Below are positions 47,601 to 57,007 of a stretch of 64,000 bases of DNA, piece after piece. Each line of letters begins with the position of its first letter. Position 1 is the stretch's first letter. A model generated the notes under the pieces. That model did no database searches. It had not been told where the DNA came from and saw only the letters and a program-made list of their open reading frames with translations. This stretch comes from Candidatus Dojkabacteria bacterium (GTDB taxonomy: Bacteria; Patescibacteriota; Dojkabacteria; B142; JAFGFJ01): contig JAFGFJ010000006.1 in assembly GCA_016931155.1 (NCBI GenBank), forward strand, positions 141,115 to 205,114, read 5' to 3'. The translations under genes and the position numbers were made by a program.

Positions 47601-48637
47601 TGCCATACTGCATTGAAATTGTTCAGTTGGGATAAAGCAGATATGAGTTTCGTGAGAGCTTCCATTGAGGCCTGTGTGGGATCCTGCGAGACATAGTTCC
47701 CAAGGATTGAGATTCCTATGCTTCCGGTGTTTGGGACTGCATGAGCACCAACAACTCCGTTTCCTCCAGATCTGCCTTCATAAATATTTCCATACGGATC
47801 AATCATGTAGTTGTAGCCAACATCAGTCCAGGTTCCTTTGCTCGGATCAGTGCAGTTTGGCCATGAACCCGAGTTATCTGAACATCTGTTGTAGTGATAA
47901 TTATAAACTGCCATTACCGTGTTTTTTGGATTTGCCATGTCAACACTTGTTGCTGTGTGATGAACAACTATGCGGTTAACATTTGCGATCGTCGGAGCCC
48001 ACGGGCTTGCTGTAGGAGCTCCCCATTCTTCTCTTGTAATGAGATCGAACCCCATTTGTGAAAATAATTTTTCCTTGTAAGCTCTTTCTGCCTGAGTGCT
48101 TGCAAATTCCTCTGGTATAGAAAAGGAAGTGTCTGAAGTGCTGTTGAATTCATATTTGCTGATAATAAATTCTTTTTCTCCATCGTAATAGAACTCTATC
48201 TCTTTAACTCCTTCTGAAAATATGAACAAATCAGAAACACTGTTCTTGCTTGTATCAAAGGAAGTGTCGTCTCCCATAAATACATCTTCGCTCTCAATCT
48301 TGAGGTACTTGGTAAAAGTATCATCTCCTTTTTTTACTCTGACTATTATTCCTTCAATATTTCCAGAGATGGAGAAGCCGTAGTAGGTTTTATCGAGGGT
48401 TTCAATTTTTGTTGGTGTGCTCCCTGAGAGGAAAATTCCTGCCTTTTGAATTAAGCCTGCTTCTTCGTATGCTTCGGGATCAGAGAGATTTGTACCTCCC
48501 ATTTTCGGGAAAGAGGAGTCTTCCGCATTTACTTTCTGAATTGGAGCAGGGGAGAAACTCAATGTCAGTACGAAGGTCAGAAAGATAATGAACAGATGTT
48601 TTGTTTTTTTTCTGGCTTCGAAAAAAGATTTATGCAA
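44678..48637 (-). CDS. secreted multidomain protein: PGRP/Amidase_2 N-acetylmuramoyl-L-alanine amidase + subtilisin-like S8 peptidase + four ~100-aa C-terminal repeats
   Basis: Signal peptide. Amidase_2: VVHHTATS, GYNYMIDPYGNIYEGR, GAHAVPNTGSIGISILGNY, ACPG. S8 triad: VAVLDTGAS, HGTLVTTILAG, GTSFAAPQVSAAVALM. Then four repeats each beginning [YF]FPWYDDSDxGxxREAWI. Confidence 0.8.
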   Translation of the reverse strand: MHKSFFEARKKTKHLFIIFLTFVLTLSFSPAPIQKVNAEDSSFPKMGGTNLSDPEAYEEAGLIQKAGIFLSGSTPTKIETLDKTYYGFSISGNIEGIIVRVKKGDDTFTKYLKIESEDVFMGDDTSFDTSKNSVSDLFIFSEGVKEIEFYYDGEKEFIISKYEFNSTSDTSFSIPEEFASTQAERAYKEKLFSQMGFDLITREEWGAPTASPWAPTIANVNRIVVHHTATSVDMANPKNTVMAVYNYHYNRCSDNSGSWPNCTDPSKGTWTDVGYNYMIDPYGNIYEGRSGGNGVVGAHAVPNTGSIGISILGNYVSQDPTQASMEALTKLISALSQLNNFNAVWQGGDPKSGTGLYGHRDLAATACPGRIYNQLETVASRAVQMKPLNSNLRSADAKRNNLIDNRNYIIDGTKARVALNSSQSNALTKEKLLTLSRGVESLAELGNKIIYKVDNSKIDQLIGEILLVAPETNPQPIYIYKTESWNNTDPERSIPSDYDTATHWTAEKTKLPEAWKEMGGCTSDNSCGGDPSVVVAVLDTGASYENYVYDAGNDNSYTVGKFNGIYLEYPTNNTQDGTFVNGSYKGYERQYSQSSELSGVNIVSPYDAVQDYFCMLRAIDGNPANDCNANELAKIDHANDDYGHGTLVTTILAGRTGDTAPNKVIGIAHNASIMPIKVFYPNDRSMCQDASGNLDLTCSNSSKDYRTVADSFVISQAIEYAVANGADVINMSLRGVGTDPMMQVAINDAVNAGVVVVAAAGNDNSDIANYFPASFPNVIAVGATDANDNRASYSNYGDELDLVAPVGDSGPQIASQSYSCYPNKNNCSDETNVNLFNAFTSNTSPTTVIGTSFAAPQVSAAVALMKSIHPNITPIDINIRLRSSAQDVASSGFDTQTGYGLLQLDNSLVGYTERNLDTKYYFPWYDDSDIGIPREAWLIIANQSQAEVASIEVWYKGVLEIDQTLAPGERITPQFNEQSGGPIVVNSTNGIPIYSSVRVRYNESFEEITGFPSSELANLLYFPWYDDSDDGVVREAWIIAGIPETVSANVDVTVQFKNTSGQVILHTQSASPGESTCFQFDEQRGGPVKITAVEKSTGIPVNIYSSQRVKFMDSFNEIMAVTNSDIESNHFFPWYDDSENGGIHREAYILIGNPNDSNTSVTLRIPGQPDKVINVYANSSNSVQWDELCCTGSIVVTSTQPIYATQRVRYINSFNETKSIDNNKLNKKQFYTWYDDSDGGGVIREAWILIGNPSINSTAIVIITVQGVIIFDGRVNPGQTITPQYNEQTGGPVIIYSDQNIFTTQRVRYNNSFSELNGI
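44681..45895 (-). repeat. four tandem ~100-aa protein repeats (FPWYDDSD...REAW...PG...GGP...QRV(R/K)...SF.E) of unrecognised family
   Basis: Repeat boundaries are about 45593-45895, 45266-45592, 44966-45265 and 44681-44965. Conserved positions are W-Y-D-D-S, REAW, PG, E(Q)xGGP, QRV and SF.E. Confidence 0.6.
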
Positions 48638-48780
48638 TTTGTGTTTTTCTTATAAGGTATTTTATCAGAAGTTTGCGTCGGATTGTAGAGGATGCATGGA
48701 TTGTACACATCTCAAATACTGAGGTGCAAACTAATTAGTCTACTAATAAATACCTGTTTTGGAGTCTAAAACCGAACAGC

Positions 48781-50964
48781 CTACCATCTTCTTAGATTTC
48801 TGATGATTTGAACGCCAGTCCTAATGAAAGAATGAGCAGGTTTAATCTTCTCTACTACCCCAAGAACTTTATCTAGTACTTTGTACCTGAGACGTTCAAG
48901 GTTCCTTTTTTGAATGGAATGCCCCTTAACATCTTTATAAAGTGATTCCTGCAAAAGTGTAAAATCATTATTAATTATTTTAGAAACACCAAGAAAACGC
49001 GTGTAGATTTTATTGTAGACTTCCTTATATTTTTCTATCATTTCTTCCAGGCTTGTAATTTTTGTACTGTCCAGATTTTTATATATTTGTCTTAACATTT
49101 TTCTATCTTTATCTATATCTAAGAGCAATCTTTTAAGATTCTTATCTGTTTCGAATGTCAGACCAAATTTATGCTTTTTTATTCTTGATCCAATTGCTCC
49201 AATATTTCTACCAATAGCTGGGATACCCAGGCTTACACTTTCCGAAAGAGTAAAGCAAAAAGACTCTGGAACTTTTGTGGGGAAGATGGAAATATCAACT
49301 TTATATTTTTCTATTAGTTTTGAAGGGTCAGAATTTGAGTACGAATCACTTGTATAGTGTATCCCTCTTTTTAGGCCTTTTTGTCTCAAATATCTTTTTA
49401 CTTCTGGATCAACGATGCCTATTAAATGCCAGGAAAATCTGTTTCTTAATTTGGTATCTGCGATTAGATTTACGAAAGTCTTGAGACCTTTTTGAAACGA
49501 GCATGGTCCAATATAGGCAATGCTTAGTTTTTTCTTTTCATGTTCAAGATTCTTGTTGGATTTTAGTAATTTTATGCCATGTTCAATTACTATTTGCTTC
49601 GTGTTTATATTTAAGACCTCGTTGTATTTCTTATAAAGATACTCTGAAGGGTAAATTATCAAATTTAATTTGGAAATTAGATTTTCTATATGACTTTTAA
49701 AACTAGAATCATTTACTTTGGAGAGAAAACCCTTTTTTGTATGTTCAATAAGTTGTTCTGCACTTGAAATTAGAAGAACATCATGTGCAGTAAAAACCGC
49801 TTTAATCCCAAGCTTTTTGTGAATACCAAGAAGGTTGATGTTTGCGTTTAGCAAATGATGAAAATGAATTAGTCCAATATTAAAAAATCTGCAAATACTT
49901 GTTATTACTTTTTCTTGAAATATTTCGTTTGCTTCATTCGTCTCATTTACTAAACTAGTGTTTAGTATTAACTTTCCTTCGGAAAAAATGTCTACAAAGA
50001 TATGATCGTTTCTGATTGATAGTGTAATAAAATTTATAGTTTTGTTCCCGTCAATTAGATGCTGAATATGAACTTGTGTTCCGCCAATCGATTCCTCAAC
50101 GTGCTTAACAAAAAGAACGTTTTGAGATTTCCTATTTAATTTTAATTTTTTGCAAAGAAAACTGGCAATTGTGGTTTGTGCATCAAGTGGATCCAGTTTA
50201 ATGTATTTATTAATATGTTTTTGGAAGTCCGGGTGTTTGTCTAATAACTTCCGCATTTTTTCTTCTGAGAAGGATTTGCCGGTCTGGAAACTGACGTTGC
50301 CTTTATGGTATATAAATGTTTTTGTATCGGCAACATTGATATAACCGGCCTTGATTGCTCGCATTGAGAAGTCATTTTCTTCACCATATCCTTTTCCAAA
50401 TGTTTCTTCATCAAAAAGCCCGACTTCTGTGATCACCTGTCTTTTGATATACATACAAAAACCTATAGCGGTGGGGATTGAAAGGATTTCATTACTTGAA
50501 GACTTTTTGGCTATATCCGACATATCTTCTATTTCAAAATCTTTTGGGAGTTCATTGTTTGTGTTTTTATTGGGGAGCGATAAGATTGAGGCATTGTTGC
50601 TCATTGGTGTGACTGTTGCAATTGAATCACTTTTATACGCTGTGATTATGAGATTTTGCAACCATCCCTTTGTTACTTCAGTATCACTATTGAGAAGTAC
50701 TACATCGTTCTTTGTAAGGGTCATACCTCGATTACAATTGCCTACAAAACCCAGATTTTTCTTATTAAAGTAGACTTTGACATTAGGGTGGCTTAGGCTC
50801 CCTAGATACTTTTTAACTCTTGAATCGGGGCTTTTGTCATCTATTAAAATTAGTTCGTATAGCTCAGCTGGAGTATTACATATGACGCTGTTCACACATT
50901 TCATCAGATACTCGTAGGCATCATAGACAGGAATTATAATAGATACTTTAGTTTTTACACTCAT
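48781..50964 (-). CDS. bifunctional glycosyltransferase (N-terminal GT2, C-terminal GT4/group-1)
   Basis: N-terminal VSIIIPVYDAYEYL...LILIDDKSPD...LLNSDTEV (GT2). C-terminal ESFCFTLSESVSLGIPAIG (Ex7E motif of GT4). Confidence 0.75.
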   Translation of the reverse strand: MSVKTKVSIIIPVYDAYEYLMKCVNSVICNTPAELYELILIDDKSPDSRVKKYLGSLSHPNVKVYFNKKNLGFVGNCNRGMTLTKNDVVLLNSDTEVTKGWLQNLIITAYKSDSIATVTPMSNNASILSLPNKNTNNELPKDFEIEDMSDIAKKSSSNEILSIPTAIGFCMYIKRQVITEVGLFDEETFGKGYGEENDFSMRAIKAGYINVADTKTFIYHKGNVSFQTGKSFSEEKMRKLLDKHPDFQKHINKYIKLDPLDAQTTIASFLCKKLKLNRKSQNVLFVKHVEESIGGTQVHIQHLIDGNKTINFITLSIRNDHIFVDIFSEGKLILNTSLVNETNEANEIFQEKVITSICRFFNIGLIHFHHLLNANINLLGIHKKLGIKAVFTAHDVLLISSAEQLIEHTKKGFLSKVNDSSFKSHIENLISKLNLIIYPSEYLYKKYNEVLNINTKQIVIEHGIKLLKSNKNLEHEKKKLSIAYIGPCSFQKGLKTFVNLIADTKLRNRFSWHLIGIVDPEVKRYLRQKGLKRGIHYTSDSYSNSDPSKLIEKYKVDISIFPTKVPESFCFTLSESVSLGIPAIGRNIGAIGSRIKKHKFGLTFETDKNLKRLLLDIDKDRKMLRQIYKNLDSTKITSLEEMIEKYKEVYNKIYTRFLGVSKIINNDFTLLQESLYKDVKGHSIQKRNLERLRYKVLDKVLGVVEKIKPAHSFIRTGVQIIRNLRRW

Positions 50965-52519
50965 GGGTATTAATTTTAAGTTGTTTTAGACTCCTATTAT
51001 ATTGAATTAGCATAACAGAATTAAGTACATATCCACTATGAGTCTCTTGTTCTATACATATAGTTTCGCTTGCTGGCAGATAAGAACTTTCAGCCAGTAT
51101 AAAATAATCATTATAAGGACTGTTATTGTATCTGATTTTATCTCTTTCCAGGATTGTAGCAACAAAAGCTGGCTCCAGGTGATTAATAATGTTTCCTTCT
51201 GAGGTGTCATATAGTTCAACGGGAAACATGATTTCTCCTTTCGCCTTTTTGTCTATTTGTGATTCGAACTTATAATATGATGCAGTTGTAATGTAGACTC
51301 TATCCCAAGTAAATAGGCTTTCCTCTCCCGTAGAAAAAAAATAACCATTGAGAAAAATTACGAATAGTATTACCCAAGTCAAAATATTTACTTTTTGGGT
51401 TTTAAACACAATTGACCATATTCCGATTGCCGAAAGAATATATACGTAGGGAATTAAATAAAGTAAAAATCTTCTATCATTCCAGTTGTACAAGAATACC
51501 CAGAAGATAACAGTGAAGAAAAAAAATAAAAAAATATTTAGACAAAGAACCCTGTGATTATACTGTTTTAACAGAATATTTATAAAGCCAATGGCTAATA
51601 GCAGCAAGAGTGGTATTCCAAATATACTGATGGCACCTGCCAGATAAAACAAAACAGAATTTGCGTGGGGAATAATTAACTCTAATTGCTTAACATTAGT
51701 ATAAAGAGGATTCCTGAATAAAAGAAATTTATATAAAAACCATGGTCCTGTAGTTATAAGGATAATCTCAGTATGGAAAAAAATCTGTTTTATGAATAAC
51801 TTTATACTTTTCTTGTCTTTTGCTTTGTTCTTAATTACTTGTTTTAAGAAGAAATCAGTAACTAATACTAATTCGTAAATTAGGATAAGGAAAAATGAAA
51901 AATTCTGAAAAGAGGTTGATATGCATAAAAACAATATAGCAAAATTACTTTTTCCCTTTATCAAAAATAGAACAGCCAGGCAAATAAATAAGATTGCATA
52001 GTAATCAGATAAAATGAAATTACTAAAGTTTTGCATCGTAAAGTTGCAGAAAAAAAGTATACTAACTGCGGAAGTTATCGCAAAAAGTACATTTGTTTTT
52101 TTAAGTTGAATTTTCCTGCCAAAAACTTCAATTGTTTGTGTCTGTTTCTCTTTTGCGGAGAATCTCTTTAGTAACCCATCAATGCATGCCCACAAGGTAA
52201 AAGTTATCCCTGCAAAAACCATTTGGTTTAAGAGAGGAAGCATTCTCAGTGTATTGACTTCTGAGAGTGCTCTAATAATAAGAGGAAGTCCGGGATTTCT
52301 AAAAGAAATTGTTGAGTTCTCTCCAAATCTTAGACCATTAGCAATCCAATCAAATCCATCTGACGTGAAGTATTTATAAGTCCTTAAGAATTCATTATCA
52401 GAATTTAAATTGGTGATCAGGAAAAATTTGGCGATTAAAATAACGACCGCACTGAGAGCGAATAAGAACAATAAATGTTTTTTGGAATTTTTTTTGAGTA
52501 GCTGATTAAGTCTGCTCAT
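50948..52519 (-). CDS. polytopic membrane protein with C-terminal soluble domain, possibly GT-C glycosyltransferase or polymerase-like
   Basis: 523 aa with more than 10 TM helices and a ~120-aa C-terminal non-membrane domain. A TSDGFDW acidic motif lies in the first loop. Architecture-based call only. Confidence 0.4.
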   Translation of the reverse strand: MSRLNQLLKKNSKKHLLFLFALSAVVILIAKFFLITNLNSDNEFLRTYKYFTSDGFDWIANGLRFGENSTISFRNPGLPLIIRALSEVNTLRMLPLLNQMVFAGITFTLWACIDGLLKRFSAKEKQTQTIEVFGRKIQLKKTNVLFAITSAVSILFFCNFTMQNFSNFILSDYYAILFICLAVLFLIKGKSNFAILFLCISTSFQNFSFFLILIYELVLVTDFFLKQVIKNKAKDKKSIKLFIKQIFFHTEIILITTGPWFLYKFLLFRNPLYTNVKQLELIIPHANSVLFYLAGAISIFGIPLLLLLAIGFINILLKQYNHRVLCLNIFLFFFFTVIFWVFLYNWNDRRFLLYLIPYVYILSAIGIWSIVFKTQKVNILTWVILFVIFLNGYFFSTGEESLFTWDRVYITTASYYKFESQIDKKAKGEIMFPVELYDTSEGNIINHLEPAFVATILERDKIRYNNSPYNDYFILAESSYLPASETICIEQETHSGYVLNSVMLIQYNRSLKQLKINTHECKN

Positions 52520-52847
52520 TGCTAATTAAATAGGGCTTTTATCATTATAGATTCAATTTCTCGTAAGATATTAGGTATATTATTCCTAATATTTTCTGTT
52601 TGCAATTTCCGGTTCTTGGTTAGTAGACGTATAACAACACTGCCTAGGAAGGCATTTTGTATTTCTAATGACTTCCAAAGGCAATTTACAATTTAGCTCA
52701 ATATGTCCACTCCTCATATGATATCCCATCAGATCAATATTTGTCGGGTTTTCGAGTTTACTCTAAACGATATTGCGACGTTGACATTACCATTTTAATT
52801 AAATACTATTCTTAAGAATTTCGCCAACTCCTTAAATTTAGAGACTA

Positions 52848-53591
52848 ATGGGAAATCTATTATCAATAATCATTCCAGCGTGGAATGAAGAAAATACTTT
52901 AGAAAAACTGGTTTCAAAGGTTAGGAAAATACGTCTTCCAGATGGAATTGAGAAGGAAATTATAATAATAGATGACTGCTCGACAGACAGGACGTTAGAG
53001 ATAATAAAGAATCTCGGGGAAAAGCATAAAGAGATCAAAGGACTTTCAAACTTAAAAAACAGCGGAAAATCGCAAACCGTAAAGAAAGGTATCCTTGCTT
53101 CAAGTGGTGATTACGTTGTTATTCAGGACGCAGATTTAGAATATGAGCCGGAAGAAATTCCTGAGATGCTTAAACTGTTGATAGATAAAGAATACGATGC
53201 CGTATACGGAAACAGATTTGGAAAGAAGAATAAGGTCATTTACTGGCAGAACTATTTTGGAAATAAAATGTTGACAGTCTTCTCAAATATCTTTACTTTT
53301 CCGAAACTAAAAACGTGGATACCGGATATGGAGGTCTGCTATAAATTAGTGAGAGGAGATGTAATGAGACAGATAGCAAAGATGATCGTATCGACAAGCA
53401 GGTTTGGACTCGAACCAGAAATTACTGCAAGACTTGCCTCATATAAATCAAGGGGAAAAAGAATAAAACTTGGCATACATCCTATTAGCTATTATCCGAG
53501 ATCAATTCAAGAAGGGAAGAAAATGAATGCGCTCAAACACGGATTTGAAGCACTGGTAGAAATTATAAAGTTTAATCTTCTTAAGAATTAG
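52848..53591 (+). CDS. GT2 polyprenyl-phosphate sugar synthase (DPM1/GtrB-like)
   Basis: LSIIIPAWNEENTL, IIIIDDCSTDRT and VVIQDADLEYEPEEI are typical of dolichyl/undecaprenyl-phosphate mannosyl/glucosyl transferases. Confidence 0.8.
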   Translation: MGNLLSIIIPAWNEENTLEKLVSKVRKIRLPDGIEKEIIIIDDCSTDRTLEIIKNLGEKHKEIKGLSNLKNSGKSQTVKKGILASSGDYVVIQDADLEYEPEEIPEMLKLLIDKEYDAVYGNRFGKKNKVIYWQNYFGNKMLTVFSNIFTFPKLKTWIPDMEVCYKLVRGDVMRQIAKMIVSTSRFGLEPEITARLASYKSRGKRIKLGIHPISYYPRSIQEGKKMNALKHGFEALVEIIKFNLLKN

Positions 53592-53615
53592 TTTTGCTCT
53601 GGTTTTTGTATCCCA

Positions 53616-54140
53616 CTATTTATAGGGTGCTTTTTTCCTAACCAGTAAAGTTTCTGATTCAGGATATGAGAATAGAACCTCAACTTCTTTTTCATTTATG
53701 TCCTTTCTGAATACATAGGATAATTCTTCGCCTCTGTTTTTGTCCGTGTCGATGTTGTTTGTTTCTATGTAGTCTAATTTAAACTTCTCTATGTAATAGT
53801 GTACTGGAGGTGCTAATCTCCAGTTCGTAGACAGACTGATCTTATTGTTGCTCTCATTAAGACTCAAAGTCTTTACATCAGTGATCATATTTTTCACATC
53901 ACAATTACTTTTCCAGGAGATTGTATAAGTAAAATTAATTGAAACCAAAGATATAATTAGAATAAAACCGGCTAATGCGTAACCTGAAAAGAGTGCACAC
54001 TTTTTTGCAGTATTTGTGAGCAAAGTCAGTGAGTTCAGTGCACTTACGAAACAGAAGAAAAATAAAGGAATTAGAAATATTGCTGTTCTCTCGATCAAGA
54101 ACTTTGTTCCAAGTATGTGGTGTTGAAGGATTGTACTCAA
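53616..54140 (-). CDS. membrane protein, likely C-terminal part of a frameshifted GT-C-like glycosyltransferase
   Basis: Two or three TM helices, then a ~100-aa soluble domain. The reading frame stays open upstream to 54311 and encodes further TM helices, overlapping the end of ORF 54245-55099. Confidence 0.45.
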   Translation of the reverse strand: MSTILQHHILGTKFLIERTAIFLIPLFFFCFVSALNSLTLLTNTAKKCALFSGYALAGFILIISLVSINFTYTISWKSNCDVKNMITDVKTLSLNESNNKISLSTNWRLAPPVHYYIEKFKLDYIETNNIDTDKNRGEELSYVFRKDINEKEVEVLFSYPESETLLVRKKAPYK

Positions 54141-54244
54141 AATACATATTGTCAGAATCGCAGTGGTTGAAATAACCGGATAATTCTTTTTGGATAAATT
54201 TTTACTTACGAGATAAAGGGTGGTAATAGAAGTAATAATATATA

Positions 54245-55099
54245 TCAGAAAATTAAAATGGTAAGTATTGTTTCGTGAGTTGGAGATAAATTGAATTTGT
54301 AAAGAGACGCTCTAACAAGAGAGCCAATGGTATCAGAAACAAAGTTGTTATCACCCCCATAATAAAGCAACTTTCTCTTTACGACCCTCCCCAAGGGGAT
54401 AAGTATTGATAAGAATGTTGTAACAGTAATTATTATTATTGGATAGCTGTTATATAATATTTTTTTCACTCTACCAAAAAAATTCTGTTTCATCCTTATG
54501 TTTTCAAATATAGACAGGCAAAATAGAAAGGAAATCAGAGCAATGAAATAATTCAATAATGTAAAGTTGGTTAATACCGAAAGCCAGCTCGTTATAAGAC
54601 TGGCGAAAAGATAGATCCTCTTTTTTCGGTTCGATAAATATTCGATAAGAAAGTAAACGCTTGAAGCAACGAGTCCTGCCGCAAGTGCATAACCTCTTGC
54701 CAGGGAGAAAAAATCGAGGAGAAATATGTTTAAGTTTAGGAGTATAAAAGAAGTTATTTTAGCAGTTTTGCTTTTTACAAATTTTTCAACAAAAATGAAA
54801 GTGAAAAATAAATAAAGAAGGTGACCGATAAGACTTGGAAGTCTTAAGACAAATTCTGTGTTTCCAAAAAAGTTGTAAAAGATTTTAACCAATATGGTAT
54901 TTACAATGTGATTATTTGCGATTTCTGCCGAAAAATTATTTGTAAGGATATCGAAAATATTTGTATGTACAAAAGTTTGAAATGTATATGCTTCGTCAAA
55001 AGTCAGAGAAAGATTGATTGCTCGATAGGTTGTGTAAGTAAAAAGTATTATTGAGATTAACACCATCGTGAACTTTACAGGAGAGATTCTCATTTGCAA
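54245..55099 (-). CDS. membrane protein, likely N-terminal part of a GT-C-like glycosyltransferase
   Basis: 284 aa with 8 or more TM helices. LTFDEAYTF in the first loop resembles the GT-C DE motif. It ends abruptly inside a hydrophobic segment. Confidence 0.45.
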   Translation of the reverse strand: MQMRISPVKFTMVLISIILFTYTTYRAINLSLTFDEAYTFQTFVHTNIFDILTNNFSAEIANNHIVNTILVKIFYNFFGNTEFVLRLPSLIGHLLYLFFTFIFVEKFVKSKTAKITSFILLNLNIFLLDFFSLARGYALAAGLVASSVYFLIEYLSNRKKRIYLFASLITSWLSVLTNFTLLNYFIALISFLFCLSIFENIRMKQNFFGRVKKILYNSYPIIIITVTTFLSILIPLGRVVKRKLLYYGGDNNFVSDTIGSLVRASLYKFNLSPTHETILTILIF

Positions 55100-55271
55100 A
55101 CTTTTTAATATAATTCTGTAAGACTGTCAGTGCTGGAAAAGCGGTCACCAGTAAATCTACTTTTTTCTTTGCTGTTCAAATAGGTTTTCAGCCCTTTGTA
55201 GATTGGAGTATTCTACCAGACAAGTGCCATACAGGTAAGTAAATGATGTAAAACAAAAATTATTTTTCGCA

Positions 55272-55634
55272 TTGAAATATTCCAACAAAAAGGGTATTAT
55301 CCGAATCCGTATATCTTTATTCTATAAGTTAGCCAACAAAACAGTGGGTCAGAAAATTGTTGATGCAGGAAAATGTGACTACTGCAGAGATAGAAAAAAA
55401 GCAGTTTACTACACAGGACTATATTCTCAAGATGAGGATTTAATGGAAATACACTGCAATACTTGCAGGGCATCCTGGGAGGCGGATGGCACTCCTAGGG
55501 CAATACCATCACAATCAAAATTGGAGCAGTTGGGAGTGTTTAGTGAAGTTGTAGAAAATAGTTTGCCTTTTACTCCAGGAACCAAAGGTGAATGGTTTTG
55601 CAATTATGTGGGATCAGCAGAAGCTTTGGGTTGA
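55272..55634 (+). CDS. hypothetical zinc-ribbon-like protein
   Basis: CDYC...CNTC pairs spaced about 25 aa apart. Weak; may not be expressed. Confidence 0.3.
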   Translation: MKYSNKKGIIRIRISLFYKLANKTVGQKIVDAGKCDYCRDRKKAVYYTGLYSQDEDLMEIHCNTCRASWEADGTPRAIPSQSKLEQLGVFSEVVENSLPFTPGTKGEWFCNYVGSAEALG

Positions 55635-56909
55635 CCTAATCTTTTGATCCTTCTGTATTTTAGATGCAAATATCCAATACCCAAAAATCAATCCAGCCGT
55701 TACAGACAGCACCCCTAATTGTACATTGACAATTTCCCCGATACTCGAATGATACTGGCTTATCAAAAATATTTGTGCAACTATGGCTATAGTTGCCACC
55801 ACTACGTGCCCTCTTTTGTTGATTGCTATGAGGTAGCTGTGGAAGATATTAATAAAAGAAAGCATTACCATAGCTAGACCAAACTTTCCTATGTATTTGG
55901 CAGTTTCTTTGAAAGAATCACCGTAAAGAAGCCTTACCATAAATTCAGGGAAGAAAACATAGAGTAGTAAAACCGAGGCAACAGCTAAAGTGGCGACCAT
56001 CAATACTGAAACAAAGTTACTTTCGTAATTGCTACCTTTGTTTTTTGCCTTTACGGTAGCCGGGATAATGGCATTTCCAATGCTTGCAGAAAGAAAAAAT
56101 ATTACCCGTCCAAGAATTGAGGTGCTTGCATATATTCCTGATTCGTGGTCTGTCAGATAATGTTTCGCCAGAATAACATCAGCAATCAGAAAAATATTAA
56201 TTGCTGAAGACACAAGAAGTATTGTGAAAAATTCTTTTATATCAAAACTGATTTTTATTTCTTCAATTTTTTCCTTGATTATTTCTTTTATACTGAATAG
56301 TGCATATAATAATGAAACGATACTCCCGGCTACGAGACCTGCTAGAGCACCTGGTGTTTTGAATCCTTGAGTTACTAAAAGCGTTCCTATAAACAATCTA
56401 AATAAAATCTCTATCACATATGCGATAGCGAGTTTTTTGTATTTCTCCAGTCCAAGAAGAACACCAAATAGAATTGACTTCTCAGTCATAAACAGCAGAT
56501 AGGCAAGAATTATTAAATATGACGACGAAGATTCTATTCTCAGGAATTCTTTTAATGAAGGGATCAGGAATATCATTAGTATTCCGATCGCAATTGTTAT
56601 CAGAAAAACAATTTTGCTGAGATGAATTATGAAATACTTCATCCTGTCCTTTTCATTTCTGGAAGCAAGGTCAGATATGTTTTTCGCTGAGAATACTTGT
56701 AAGGCTGTGGCAGGAAGTGTGATGACATAGGTGAGTGAAGCAAGAGCTACAAAATTTCCATATTCAGTGGTTCCTAAAAGGTTTCCAAGGATCAATTGAA
56801 ACAGGTAAGTCCCGAAGTTAACTATCATGGTAGCGGAGAAGAGAATTGCACTGCCTCTGATTAGAGTGTTTGATTTTAGAGAATTTATTTTCTTGAAAAT
56901 TCTGTTCAT
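55614..56909 (-). CDS. oligosaccharide/polysaccharide flippase (Wzx, MOP superfamily)
   Basis: 431 aa, about 12-14 TM, with a Wzx-like N-terminus (NTLIRGSAILFSATMIVNFGTYLFQLILGNLLG). Confidence 0.7.
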   Translation of the reverse strand: MNRIFKKINSLKSNTLIRGSAILFSATMIVNFGTYLFQLILGNLLGTTEYGNFVALASLTYVITLPATALQVFSAKNISDLASRNEKDRMKYFIIHLSKIVFLITIAIGILMIFLIPSLKEFLRIESSSSYLIILAYLLFMTEKSILFGVLLGLEKYKKLAIAYVIEILFRLFIGTLLVTQGFKTPGALAGLVAGSIVSLLYALFSIKEIIKEKIEEIKISFDIKEFFTILLVSSAINIFLIADVILAKHYLTDHESGIYASTSILGRVIFFLSASIGNAIIPATVKAKNKGSNYESNFVSVLMVATLAVASVLLLYVFFPEFMVRLLYGDSFKETAKYIGKFGLAMVMLSFINIFHSYLIAINKRGHVVVATIAIVAQIFLISQYHSSIGEIVNVQLGVLSVTAGLIFGYWIFASKIQKDQKIRSTQSFC

Positions 56910-57007
56910 AAAGATATTTTACTGTCTGGTTATTGAGTTGTCCCCAACAACACGATAGTACTCAAAAACTAATAGAAAAAAAAGTAAGCCGGATAATAAA
57001 GAGGCTT

